From a bacterium (GTDB taxonomy: Bacteria; Hinthialibacterota; Hinthialibacteria; Hinthialibacterales; Hinthialibacteraceae): DNA of 64,000 nt. This document shows, in pieces, positions 21,474-33,300 of the stretch; within the stretch, counting starts at the first letter, position 1, and each line of letters starts with the position of its first letter. Below the pieces are notes generated by a model, which saw only the letters and a list, made by a program, of their open reading frames with translations, was not told the DNA's origin and did no database searches. The translations under genes and the position numbers were made by a program. Location of the stretch: NCBI GenBank assembly GCA_963663405.2, contig CAXXSM010000100.1, positions 1 through 64,000 on the forward strand. The letters are read 5' to 3'.

Positions 21474-21662
21474 ATGAAAAACGTTGAAATGGAAGTGAAA
21501 GAAAACAAATTACTCATCGAAGTCGATCTCACGCAGGATCACGGGCCGAGTAAGAGCGGTAAAACCAACATCGTTGCGACAACCGCCGGAAATGTAGCGG
21601 TACCGGGAAATAATTCCGTCCGGCTTGGATTGAATGTCTATAAATACTCGGAGGAAGAATAG
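21474..21662 (+). CDS. Small conserved-looking hypothetical protein
   Basis: MKNVEMEV...GPSKSGKTNIVATTAGN...LGLNVYK; AAGGA RBS. Confidence 0.7.
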   Translation: MKNVEMEVKENKLLIEVDLTQDHGPSKSGKTNIVATTAGNVAVPGNNSVRLGLNVYKYSEEE

Positions 21663-21667
21663 AAGCG

Positions 21668-22198
21668 ATGGACTTAATCCGTACCACATTTGAAACAAGC
21701 CGCCTGATGGAATTCTTTGATGAAAAAGAATTAACAAAACAAATCGGCCACAATCGAGGAATGTGGCCGGTTGCGCTCCTAAAAGAATTAATTGACAACG
21801 CGCTGGACGCTTGTGAGAGCGCCGGAGTCAATCCGGTTATCGAAGTCTATTTGGAGAAGAATAGTCTCTCTGTCCAGGATAACGGGCCGGGTATTCCACC
21901 GGAGACAATCGAGAAATCACTTGATTATAAAATTCGCGTATCGGATAAGAATAAATATGTCTCACCAAGTCGAGGTCAACAAGGAAACGCCTTGAAATGT
22001 GTGTGGGCTGCTCCGTTCGTTGCTACAGGATCTGGAATTATCGAGATAGGCACTAGGGGCCAATTACATGAAATCGATGTTTCACTGGATCGATTGACGG
22101 AAGAGCCGGAGATTGGCCACACAATCACCGATGATTTTGTAAAAAATGGCACTTTTGTAAAAATCCATTGGCCAGAGATAGCATTGCTCTCAGGATGA
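21668..22198 (+). CDS. GHKL ATPase domain resembling the topoisomerase VI subunit B N-terminus
   Basis: KELIDNALDACE (N box), QDNGPGI (G1), SRGQQGNALK (G2) and GT (G3); only 176 aa. Confidence 0.8.
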   Translation: MDLIRTTFETSRLMEFFDEKELTKQIGHNRGMWPVALLKELIDNALDACESAGVNPVIEVYLEKNSLSVQDNGPGIPPETIEKSLDYKIRVSDKNKYVSPSRGQQGNALKCVWAAPFVATGSGIIEIGTRGQLHEIDVSLDRLTEEPEIGHTITDDFVKNGTFVKIHWPEIALLSG

Positions 22199-22663
22199 AA
22201 GTAAAACGGTCGATCGGAAAGGAGCACAACAACATCATGACTAAGATAACGGAACAAACAATAGTGCAGGTCTATTGCCAGCGGTGTGGTCATGCGTTGG
22301 CAGGCGCGCCGATAGGATCGAGAGTCTACTGTCCTCCATGCCGTGTATGGACATTGGCCAAAGAAACAGCGGACCAACCATTGCTCAAGGAGACGAGGTC
22401 ATGCAAGGAGAAATAGTTTTGAGCGCTAACCAACTGCGCAGCATCATCCACGCTGGACTATGCAATGATCGCATGTGGACCGAGGGCTGCTGTCATGAGA
22501 TCGCTAAGCAGTCGCACTCCAACGGCGAGATATCGCGCGTATCGTTCGCGGATCGTGACGCAAGACATTCATTTAAAAATGGAATGAAATTTATGCGTTC
22601 TGTTTTGCGCAATGATATTAAGTGATATATAATATATTTAACAACAATATAGGAGTATACATT

Positions 22664-22951
22664 ATGAGCGTAGCATTCGAGCATTCAGGAACTTCATTAC
22701 ATTTGATCGTTGATTTGAGCGCTGTTGAGAGTCTCAGCAACCAGGACGGCGGGACGGTCCACGTGGGCAGCATGCACGGCGAGATTAACGAGACGTTAAC
22801 GAAAGAGGGCTATACGATAGATTTATCTGTCCGCCGGGCACTCACTCCGAGCGAGCGCGAGCAGTACGGCGCTGACCTCCAACTTGATGCGGCTCCAACG
22901 GCCAAGCGCGGAGGGGGAGGGCGGTCCAAATCTCCACAGCCTCAAAAATAG
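22664..22951 (+). CDS. Hypothetical protein upstream of terS
   Basis: AGGAG RBS; no HNH motif seen. Confidence 0.5.
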   Translation: MSVAFEHSGTSLHLIVDLSAVESLSNQDGGTVHVGSMHGEINETLTKEGYTIDLSVRRALTPSEREQYGADLQLDAAPTAKRGGGGRSKSPQPQK

Positions 22952-22995
22952 GAACCGTATAGCCTCGCATCGCGCACACAACCGCAATTCCGGTT
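22910..22995 (+). other. Putative cos packaging region
   Basis: GGGGGAGGGCGGTCCAAATCTC...GAACCG...CGCGCACACAACCGCAATT directly upstream of terS, resembling HK97-type cos regions. Confidence 0.5.
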
Positions 22996-23024
22996 AGTTT
23001 AGCAATTTGTAAAGGAATATAGCA

Positions 23025-23480
23025 ATGCCAAGACAACCAGTACCTACCAACCTAAAGATCCTGCGCGGCAATCCAGGCAAGCGCGCAATCAACAAAAATG
23101 AACCGCAGCCGAGCGCGGACGGCGTCAAGTGTCCGTCCTGGTTATCACGCGACGCCAAGGCCGAGTGGCGGCGTGTGGCGCCGGAGTTAAAGCGGCTCGG
23201 CCTATTGACAGTCGTTGACGTGTCCGCGCTGGCAATGTATTGCGAGTCATATTCTCAATGGCGCGAGGCCGTCCGGATTATCGAGCGCGAGGGCCAAACG
23301 TATTCACATGACGGACTCATCCGCACTCATCCGGCGTGTCACGTGGCTAACAATGCGGCGCGGACGGCTAACCTATTCGCCGGGCAGTTCGGAATGACGC
23401 CATCGGCGCGAACGAAATTATCTATCGAGCCGCCACAGCAACCGAGTTTGGTTGACAAATTTTTGAACCGGAGTGGGTGA
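23025..23480 (+). CDS. terS: Terminase small subunit, P27 family
   Basis: PTNLKILRGNPGKRAIN..EP, PSWLSRDAKAEWRRV..EL and FGMTPSARTKL. Confidence 0.92.
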   Translation: MPRQPVPTNLKILRGNPGKRAINKNEPQPSADGVKCPSWLSRDAKAEWRRVAPELKRLGLLTVVDVSALAMYCESYSQWREAVRIIEREGQTYSHDGLIRTHPACHVANNAARTANLFAGQFGMTPSARTKLSIEPPQQPSLVDKFLNRSG

Positions 23481-23481
23481 T

Positions 23482-23748
23482 ATGGACGGCCTAATTTCAC
23501 AGAGCCAAGTCGAGGACCAACTCGGTATTAATAAGCTCGCGCTGGACACGCTCCGGAACTTAGGCGTCCTCATTCCGGTTGACACCGGCGACGGTGAGCC
23601 GATGTACAGGCAAAGTGACGTCAGTCCATTTCTATTTTATCGATGCGTGTACGTTGACGTAACGCTTGAGCGGGTCCGCGCAATTACAGCGGCGCAAACC
23701 GAGACGCCGGAAACTTACAATCCAATGCGGGGTGTAAATAATGGGTAG
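23482..23748 (+). CDS. Small MerR/excisionase-like HTH protein
   Basis: ISQSQVEDQLGINKLALDTLRNLGVLIP...MYRQSDV. Confidence 0.5.
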   Translation: MDGLISQSQVEDQLGINKLALDTLRNLGVLIPVDTGDGEPMYRQSDVSPFLFYRCVYVDVTLERVRAITAAQTETPETYNPMRGVNNG

Positions 23749-25430
23749 ACAGACTATCGGCCAATTGGTTATTGACTTACAGGCGCAGACGTCCAAATTT
23801 CATAGCGATATGAATAAGACGTCACGTATGTGGAATAACAAATTGGATTCCATGCAGCGGACAGCCAAAAATTTTGGCACTGCCATCAAGGCGTATTTCT
23901 CATTTCAGGCGCTAAAAGGTCTATCCAATTTTGTGCAGGATAACATCGCCTGGGCGTCCTCCATGGCCAAGGTAGCCGATACCGTTGGTCTCTCGCTGGA
24001 TAAATTCCAAGGCCTCTCGATGATCGTAAAGGAGCTATCCATCGAGCAAAGCACCTTCGAGCGCGCCATACAGCGAATGACGCGCCGGATCGGCGAAGCA
24101 GCCGAGGGAACCGGGACGGCAAAAGACGCATACTCCAAGTTAGGCATCCAGATTACAGATAGCGCGGGCAAGGTCCGGGATACGTTTTCCATTTTTCTCG
24201 ACGTGGCGCGCCATTACAAAAAATTAAAAACAGAGGCGGATGAACTAAACGTATCCAATCAACTATTTGGCCGTGGGTTTGAGGAGATAAATCTGCTGCT
24301 CAGGCAGGGCGCGCCTGCCATCGAAACGCAGATCAAAAAATTCGCGCGCATGGGATTGATAATCAAAGATCCGCTCATACGCCAAGCGGAATTAGCGGAC
24401 GATTCGCTCACAGAAATGAAAGACAGTGTTAGCGCGCTCGGCAAAGAATTCTCGCTTGTATTGGCTCCGGCGATTAAGACAGCGGCGGACGCCATGAGAA
24501 CCAATGTAGGCGCAATGCGGCTGCTGTTCTCAAAGGCAACCTGGAATGACTGGCTCACGGGCAATCCGCTAAAAACGGCGATCATGTACAACGTTATGTC
24601 ACCGGCTGAAATGTGGGAAAAATATTACTATGGCGGCAAAGGGAAAAAACTACTCGCCTACTCCGGGCTTCGGCTCGTCTAAAGGCGATGACGATTACAT
24701 GGACGTATTTCCACCGGCGCAGGTAACGAAAACACGCGCCGATTGGATGAATGACACTGTTCGCCGGATGAAAGACAATATGGAGTCTCTCACCAATGAA
24801 ATGCAAATGCAGGTTGACGTCATTCGGGATGAGATGCGCTCGGAGCGGGACATATACAATCAGCGATTAGAATTACTCAATCAGGCGCGCTCTATTAACA
24901 TACTCAACGCCGATGAATTTAATACTATGTCCGAGCATGTAAATAACGTATTCAACGGCATGGTAGAGGCCAGCCAGCGTTCTGCTAGATTAATAGAGAG
25001 CGGTATATCCGGCGCATTGGAATCAATTGCCAATAACGATCTTAATAATTTCGTAAATAGTTGGATACGCTCATTTGACAAAATCTTTTTTGATTTGGCC
25101 GGGCGGAATATTATCAATTTATTAGAACCAACTATGTTAGGCGCAGGGCGGGTTCCTAAACTTCGCATTCGGCGGCGTGAGAGCCGCAGGCGGGCCGGTT
25201 ATGGGCGGCGCGTCCTATCTAGTCGGTGAGCGCGGGGCCGGAGTTGTTCACACCGAATATCAGCGGACGGATAACACCGCATGAGCAGATAAAAGGCGCG
25301 GGCGATATCAACATTGACACCGGCGGCGCTCCACTATTCACCGTTACAAGCGGCCATGTAGGGCCACAGAGCGCGGCGCAGTTTAGGACAGGACTTCCTC
25401 GAATTCATCGAAGACGCGAGGCGTAAACGC
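23741..25430 (+). CDS. Short tail tape-measure-like protein (about 560 aa, frameshifted)
   Basis: N-terminal IGQLVIDLQAQTSKF, helical core (ADTVGLS...AYSKLGI...LFGRG) and C-terminal GGPV..YLVGERGPELFTP..SGRI motif, spread over ORFs 23741, 24630 and 25226. Confidence 0.8.
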
Positions 25431-26659
25431 ATGACTATTATACAACGCATAAGACAATACATATGGCCGGAGCGGCGCAGCGAATATGAGAGCGCATGGT
25501 ACAGCGGCGATCCATTGCCGGAGCGGTTCGGCGCGGCTGGAATTCGTGTCAACGCTGACAACGCCGTCCAACTAACGGCGGTTTTTCGCGTGTGTGAAAA
25601 ATATTGAGTGAGACGGTCGCGTCACTTGCCATTGATCCTATACAAGCGCCTACCGGACGGCGGCAAAGCGCGCGCGGTGGAACATCCGCTATACAAACAC
25701 GCTCCATGATAGTCCAAATCGTTGGCAGGACGTCGTTAGAATTCCGCAAGTTACTGCAGAGTCACTTATGTTTGCGCGGGAATGGCTACGCCGAGAAAAT
25801 ACGGCCAGGCGGACGGCTGGAATTGATACCGATCCATCCGGATACCTGCACTCCTAAAATGAGTGACAGCGGCGTCATAACGTATGAGGTACAGACGCAG
25901 GAACAGCGGCGGACGTTACCGCAGAATAAAATACTGCACTTGCGCGGCATTGGCAGTAACGGCCTTGTAGGTTTATCACCAATCGAGATATGCAGGGACG
26001 CAATCGGCGCTGGTATGGCAGTACAGCAGTATGGCAGCCGGTTTTTCATGAACAACGCTAGGCCATCGGGAATTATCGAGTATCCGGGCGTCATGCAGGA
26101 TAAAGAGGAAATTGCAGCGTTTAAAAAGTCGTGGCAAGAGGCGCAGACGGGCGCGAATCAACATAAGACGGCCGTCCTTGAGCGCGGCATGACTTACAAG
26201 CCGATAGGTATATCCAATGAGGATAGCCAATTCCTTGAGACGCGGAAATTCAGCGTTGAGGAGATAGCGCGGATATACCGCATACCAATGCATCTTTTAC
26301 AGTCATTGGACAAGTCGAGTTTTAATAATATCAGTCATCAGTCGATGGAATTTCTAACATATACAATGATTCCTTGGTTCCGGCGGTGGGAATCAGTGTT
26401 AGCGCGCGATTTACTAACAGCCGAGGAGCGCACAGAGTATTTTTTTGAATTCCTTGTCGATGGTTTCCTGCGCGGGGATATCCAGACACGCTATAACGCA
26501 TACACCAAGGGCCGTCAATGGGGCTGGCTCTCACCTAACGACGTTCGCCGAATGGAAAACATGAATCCGATCGACGGCGGTGACGAGTATCTTACACCGC
26601 TCAATATGCAGGCAATAGGACAGCAAGATAACGGCGCTGACAATGCCGATAAAAACTAA
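25431..26659 (+). CDS. HK97-family portal protein (frameshifted 5' end)
   Basis: LRGNGYA, ILHLRG...GLSPI, FFMNNARPSG, DSQFLETRKF..EEIARIYRIP and PNDVRRMENMNPIDGGDEY. Confidence 0.93.
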
Positions 26660-26681
26660 CATTTTACCGAGGTAAAAAAAA

Positions 26682-28017
26682 ATGAATGAATTACAGAAAT
26701 TGCAAGCAAGACAGCGTGAAATTGCGCAGCGTATCATTGACATTAATGAGGCGGCTGTTTTGGAATCACGGGATTTATCCGAGGATGAAAAAAAGGAATG
26801 GCGGGATCTCCGGGCCGAGGAAAAAAAAGAACGCTGAGCGTATCAAGAAACTCGAAACCGAGCAGCCAGCCGATGAGCGCAGCGTAGGTATCGAGGCGCT
26901 GAGCGCGCAGACGAATGGTGAGAGCCGCCAACGGGCGGCTAACCTGGATCGCCGGAGTTATCGCGGGATGTTTTGCCGAAATGGTGAACAACTCTCCAAC
27001 GATGGCTTTTCCTCATTCGAAGAATGGATGGCATGTGTCCACAGTGGCCGTCCAGACGAGCGTCTGCAGTATCGATCGATGGGCAGCGATATTCCATCTG
27101 CAGGCGGTTTTCTCGTACCGGATCAATTCGTAGCCGAAATGTTGGATACCGGCATTGAGAATGAAATTGTCCGTCCTCGCTGCACTATCTGGCCGATGGT
27201 AAGTGACACCGCGCGCGCGCCGGGCTGGGATGGCGCGGATCACTCCAGTTCGTTATATGGCGGGTTTGCCGGGACGTGGCTCGGCGAGGGCGAGACGGCC
27301 ACCGAGGTTGACGCGCAGTTTCGTTCCATTGCGCTTACGGCGCACAAATTGGCAGTCTTTACATCCGCGTCAAGCGAGTTGGTACAAGACAGTTTTCTCT
27401 CGTTTGATAGCATCATGAATGACGGTCTGCGCAATGCGCTGTCATGGTTCCTCGATTATGCGGCCATCAATGGGACCGGCGCGGGCCAGCCGCTCGGATT
27501 GGTCAATAACAATTCTGTTGTGTCAGTGGCCAAAGAGTCAGGACAGGCCGCGTCAACTATCGTGTGGAACAACATCTGCAAGATGTATGCGCGTATGTGG
27601 CCAAGTGGCCATCAAAATGCCATCTGGATTGCCAACAATACTATCATTCCACAATTGTTGGCGCTTACCATTCCGGTTGGTACCGGCGGAAGTGCAGTCG
27701 GTCCTAACATCGGCCATCCAGTAATGAAAGAGGATAGTGGTAGTTTTTCACTACTCGGCAAGCCGATTTATTTCACAGAAAAAGCTCAATCTCTGGGCAC
27801 AGCGGGCGATATTATGTATGTCGATCTCTCACAATACGTCATGGGATTGCGAAAAGAGATCATTATCGAAAAGTCCAACGCCGTCCATTGGACAAGTGAC
27901 AAGCAAGCCTACCGCGCCATCATGAGGGCCGATGGTATGGGCAAGTGGAATAGCGCCATCACACCGAAAAACGGCGATACGCTTAGTTGGTGCGTAACGC
28001 TGGCGGCAAGGTCGTAA
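26682..28017 (+). CDS. HK97-fold major capsid protein with N-terminal delta domain (one frameshift)
   Basis: Coiled-coil leader, then AGGFLVPDQF, WLGEG, SSELVQDS, GTGAGQPLG and LLGKPI. Confidence 0.92.
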
Positions 28018-28023
28018 GCTAAC

Positions 28024-28449
28024 ATGAGGACTTACATTCCGCTCATAGCGTTGTTAGTCATTCTCGCGGGCGCGGCCTATGGCGCTCATTGGTCATGCAC
28101 AACAACCGAGGATATATCCTGGTCCGTGCGAAAAATTACATGGTCCTGGATATCCAACGCAACCGGCGAGGTGGACGCGCAGACAACCGCGTATTTCTCC
28201 GGCGCGCCACTCGGTTTCATTGCCGAGCCAGCGGGCGGGGTATCCGCGCCATCGGCTGACTATGATATCTCGATCACCGATGAGAATGAATACGACTTAC
28301 TGCAGTCGAGCGGGGTGGATATGTCAGCGGCGACTAGCGTCTATATTTTCGATGCGACGTTGACGCCGATATCGAACGATAGGCTTACATTGCATATCAG
28401 AGCTGCCGGGAATGCGAACAGCGGCACGGTGGTTTTGTATCTGCGATAG
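28024..28449 (+). CDS. Small beta-rich protein with hydrophobic/signal N-terminus
   Basis: 141 aa, 6 bp after the capsid stop; MRTYIPLIALLVILAGAAYG leader. Confidence 0.65.
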   Translation: MRTYIPLIALLVILAGAAYGAHWSCTTTEDISWSVRKITWSWISNATGEVDAQTTAYFSGAPLGFIAEPAGGVSAPSADYDISITDENEYDLLQSSGVDMSAATSVYIFDATLTPISNDRLTLHIRAAGNANSGTVVLYLR

Positions 28450-28667
28450 GGTTTCATCCAACCTGCTCGGCTTGTCCATTCCGTGCGGGTAGGTTTTGGT
28501 CTCGCCGTTCTCAGGCGGGCTTCGTCGAACAGCCGGGCGCACTACATATGATGTAGCCGCGTCCGGCTCTCCTTTTAAAAATGCGCTCTAACGGGCGCTC
28601 TCTCTCGCTCGTGGTTTCTATCGGAAAATTCGAGAAGTCCTCACCTGCGCAGCGAGGCTTGGCCGTT

Positions 28668-29824
28668 CTAGCCGTTTTCCGCTTTCGCCTGTACGTCCGC
28701 AAACGATATGATTTTCGATCCATGTTTCCCCAACGCCTCACGCAGCGGGTCCTGTGCTAGATGCGCGTAGACTTCGGTTGTGCTGAGCGTGGATTGATTC
28801 AACGCCTTGCCAACGAGTATCAGCGACTCCCCGGAGGACGCCAGCCAGGAGCCTACCGTCCTGCGCAGATCATGGATTCGCAGCGTTGGCATTCCGGCGC
28901 GGTTGCGGATGCGATGCCATTGGCGCTTTGGAAATATCGCCCAGTGTTTCGATGGATCGGGGCCGGGGAATATCCATTTACAATTATCGATTCGGGGAAT
29001 CATTTCGAACATGCCGAGAGCGGCAGTGCTGAGCGGCAAATAAAACGGGCGGCCTGCCTTTGTATCGTCCAACTTGAGAATCCTTTGCTCACGATCTAAG
29101 TCTTTCCATTCTCGCCGCATTAATTCACGATTCCGTAGGCCGGTTAAGAGGTACAGCCACAGTCCGGCGCGTACGACGGGATTCCACTCCTCATTAATCG
29201 CGGCGGCCAATTTAGGTAATTCGTCCGGCGTTACCCACACGTCCCGTTTTTCCTCTCGATTTTTCTTTATCCGTCTCGCCGGGCTGACGTTATCCTCTTT
29301 CAGGAAACCTTCGTTGATTGCGTATGAGTGTATGCGCGAGACGAGAGAGACAATTCTATTGGCTTCGATGGGCGCGGTTTTCGATATACGATCATGTATT
29401 TTTTCTGATATCCGGGCGGGTGATCGAATCGGCTTTTTTCTTTCCAAGTTCGGGGCGCAGGTGTTTTTTCAATCCGGCGGCGGTCCTGAACGCCGGTTTT
29501 CAATTTCGATGCGTGGCGGGTTAAATAATCGTCAAGAATATCATTGAATGTTACCGATGGCTTGCCGCGCTTATCTGGATTGTTTACCGGCGGCAATGGT
29601 GAGATTCTTTATTCCAGCAATCTGACGCGCCTTCTCCGGCGTGATATTCGGATATTTTGCGATTGTGATCCATTTCAATTTTCCTTCCCACCGATAGCAG
29701 TAGACGAAAGACTTTTGACCGGATTTAAAAAACACGCAGACCGAAATGTGCGGTTTTCCGTATCCCAGATTATGCCAGGTGTTTTTACTGACTCGCAGAG
29801 GTGAGTTGTTATTTTTTTTTTCAT
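28668..29824 (-). CDS. Tyrosine integrase (P4-like, arm-binding domain) of island 2, frameshifted
   Basis: KSFVYCYRWEGK..WITIAKYP arm domain; LTGLRNREL, IHDLRRT and TEVYAHL. Confidence 0.9.
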
Positions 29825-29990
29825 AACAGTGGGCCTCCAAAAAAATAACAGTGGTTCTAACAGTGGGCCGTTTGAGCTAACACCAAGCTAACACATATGT
29901 CTATTTCTGTCCATATCGGAAAATGTAAAAGTAAAAATTTCCTAGGAAAAACGGGGATTTGTATATGTCTGTCCATGTAGGGGCGATTGC

Positions 29991-30038
29991 CTTCTAAGCA
30001 GTGGGCCGCAGGTTCGAGTCCTGCCGGGCGTATACTGA
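29991..30038 (+). repeat. att site: 3' half of tRNA-Arg(TCT), copy 2
   Basis: Identical 48 bp to 15105-15152. Confidence 0.9.
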
Positions 30039-30111
30039 AAATTCTAGACTTACGAACATAGATTTGGGTAGCGGTAATCTCCAAAGTAGCGTCACGGTAG
30101 CGTTTGAAATC

Positions 30112-30142
30112 AAAAAAAAGGGCCTAATTTGCCCTCTTTTTT
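30112..30142. terminator. Bidirectional intrinsic terminator
   Basis: AAAAAAAAGGGC-CTAATTT-GCCCTCTTTTTT downstream of DGR target 1. Confidence 0.6.
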
Positions 30143-30320
30143 ACTCTTAGATCTTTTCCCAGTTTGAATATAATAAATCAATTCATCTCGGCAGGATCAG
30201 AAATTACCATTCAAACAAAATTCAAAAATCCCCGCCAGCTGCGCTAGCGCAGCAAAAAGACAAAAGCAAAGAGTATAAAGTGTCAAAGTGCAAAGGGTAA
30301 AAGCGATACAGCAAAAAGCG

Positions 30321-33300
30321 CTAATAAGTCCGGGAATACACAACTCGCAAACCTATGACGTCGTCCCTGAGATCTGGGGCCCTGTCGAACCGGTACGCCG
30401 ATCGGCAGTTCTCTGGATTGTAGAACCAGGAACCGCCCCGAAACACACGAGCTGCCCCACGGGGTGAATCAATCCAAGCGGAACCATCTTGAGGCGCCTC
30501 TTTGTAATTCTCATGCCAATCATCTTCACACCATTCCCGCACATTTCCGCTCATATCACAAAGCCCCCATAGATTTGGGGATTTTTCTACCTACTTGCTT
30601 CGTTTCCTCTTATCACATTATTGTCCGGATACCACGCATAATTCCATATTTCTCGATAATCATCATCCTCTCCCCAATAAAAGCGTGTCTTCGTTCCCGC
30701 CCGGCATGCGTATTCCCATTCCGCTTCGCTTGGAAGGCGAAATGTTCCTTGACCGAGTTGATTCAATTCAGTAATGAATCTTTGACAATCATCCCAGGAG
30801 ACAGATTCAACTGGATGATCGGGTTTCCCTTTAAATTCAGAAGGATTCTCACCCATCACAGCTTTCCATTGCGCCTGGGTGACGGGATATTTACCAAGAT
30901 AACAATCATAATCTATTTTGACTATATGCTGTGGACTTTCATCATCATATCGACCTTTCTCATTCTTTGGACTTCCCATCTTGAATCTACCCTTGGGTAT
31001 ATGAACAAATTCGATAGGAATCGATTCATTTGGCAAATTCGGTAATTGAATGATGATGGTGTCCACGTTCATGTATTTCGAATGCGTCTCGTTTCTTAAT
31101 TTGGATTTGAGGAACTTTCGTTTGCTCATTCCACGGTTCAATCAAGAGTGTTTCTTCCAGCCATCTTCGTTTCTCATCTGCAACTGAACATTCCGTAAGC
31201 AGACAATCCATTAACAATTCCGATGATTGCATGTATTGGATAATATTCGACAAATCTTCTGGAACTTGCAATGGATTCGAGAAATCAATATCAACGTGTG
31301 GATCAAACGATCGTTTTTCATTTTTTCTAAATAGGCTCTGGACAAATTCACGTATTTCATCACTTCCCGAAGTTGCGAATAAAGCAAGCATTTTATTGAC
31401 GGAATGAGGATTTGAATTGCTGGAACAAATACAACCTTCAAGATTCTGAAGAAGCCCAATCACTTCATCATTGGCAAGTTTTGAAATTCCCCGGCGCATA
31501 GAAATCAAAAATGAGTATGGATCGCTTAGTTTCTTCCGTTATCAATAAAAAAAACTTCACGCCATCGCTGTTCCCGCATATGCCGTTCAATAATGGAATC
31601 AAGATTCTGGGGATGTTCAACAATCCACAACGCGGTTAAATACTCATGGAAAGTGAGATGAGAGAAGGAATAGATATGCCTAGCGCGTTCAACCAACAAA
31701 CCATGATGGCTTTCAATGGAACAAAGCAAAGTTCGACTATCAGTCAGTGCAATTCCTTTTTCAAATTGAAAAGTTTGTTGAAGGTAATGGGAAATATTAT
31801 TTTCCAGAGATCTCCGTTTCATAAAAATAGTGTTCTTCATTAAAAACTTTGATACGCCAATTCTGTCAATAATGAAATTTTAATCTCTTCTGTGAACGAC
31901 TCTACAACATCAGGCCGTACGATCCCTCTTGTTAAATCCCATTCACGTATTAACAAATCGAATGTTTCTCGATATAAATCAGCGCGGCTGGATGGAAACC
32001 GTTCTTTTTCAGAATTAGAAAAGACCCAACATAATAATGTTAGAAGCAATGGATTTGTAGCTAACTCTAGAAGAGATCGATTCCTATTAATTTCATCATA
32101 ACACTTTTGTGCTTTTTGGGGATTCTTTTTAAACCAGTTTTGTATAAATGTTCTGATCTGATCTTCATTAAAGTCCGCCACTTCAACTAAAGTAAATTTT
32201 TCAAAGGTTCTGTTATAAGCGGCAAGACGACAGCTAATGATAAAACGGTTTTTGTTATATCGTTTTGTAAACAAACGAATGGTCTGCACGGCTTCAGCTA
32301 TTGTACTAAATGAAACCTCATCCAAACCATCCATAATAACTACACAATTCCCTTTTCTTAGATGCTGGCTGGTAAACTGCATTGCATCTTTAACATCTGC
32401 ATCTTCAAATTGTTTGGAAATAAATTCAAGTATTGTGTTTTTGCTATCAGACCATTCTTTTAAACTTATGAATATGGGTATCTTTTGTTTGTGAAGTTTT
32501 CCTTTAAGTATCTCAATGGTTATATATTTAAAAAAAGTAGTTTTCCCCGCTCCCGGTTTTCCTAATACCATCAAATGGTCATCGTTATCTTTTAATATTT
32601 CTATCCCTTCTACGGATTTATTTGAAGACGGATATTGACGCTGCTCGTTTGATCGAAACTGTTTCTCTAGTTCACTTAACTCAACGGATTGCTCTTTTGT
32701 GATCTTCTCAAGAATATGAACTTTAACATATATCGAATCCAAGGATATATCTTTATCCATTCCTAAAATCTGAATCGAACTATTGTTCTCATAAATCTTA
32801 TTTTTATAGGTTTTTAAGTCATGCTCAAAAACTTGCGTTTCTAAAACTGGTTCGTGAGTAAAAAAAATCTTTGAATCGATATTCGATGTATATAGTTTTA
32901 TCTCTCCAAGAGGTGGTATTTCTATTTGATGAGTCATAAAACGATATAAAGTAATGTACTCTCTTTGAATAGATACATTAAAATATCCATAAATCTGCAT
33001 GAATTCTGGAATATATAAATCCCATTCCGCATGAAAGACAATCGGAATGTATTTTTCATTTAATGATTTCTGTTTATATAATTTATAATTAATATTTTGT
33101 AATTCTCTAAAACTTCCACGTTTATCAGATTTAGAATATTGTTCTGAACATACTATTAATACAAAATCCGCTTTTTCGATTTGTTCAGACATCCAATCGA
33201 GCCATCCTTTAGGTGGGAACGGCTCATATTGGTCTATCCAACAATCTAAACCATCATATCGAAGTTGATTCGCAAATGACAAAACAAGTTCACTATGCTC

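Larger units (their letters stand above)
15105..30038. mobile_element. Integrated phage-satellite-like element or reduced prophage (14,886 bp att-to-att)
   Basis: 48-bp direct repeats, integrase at the right end, switch, Rep with iterons, terS, tape measure, portal and capsid. Confidence 0.85.
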
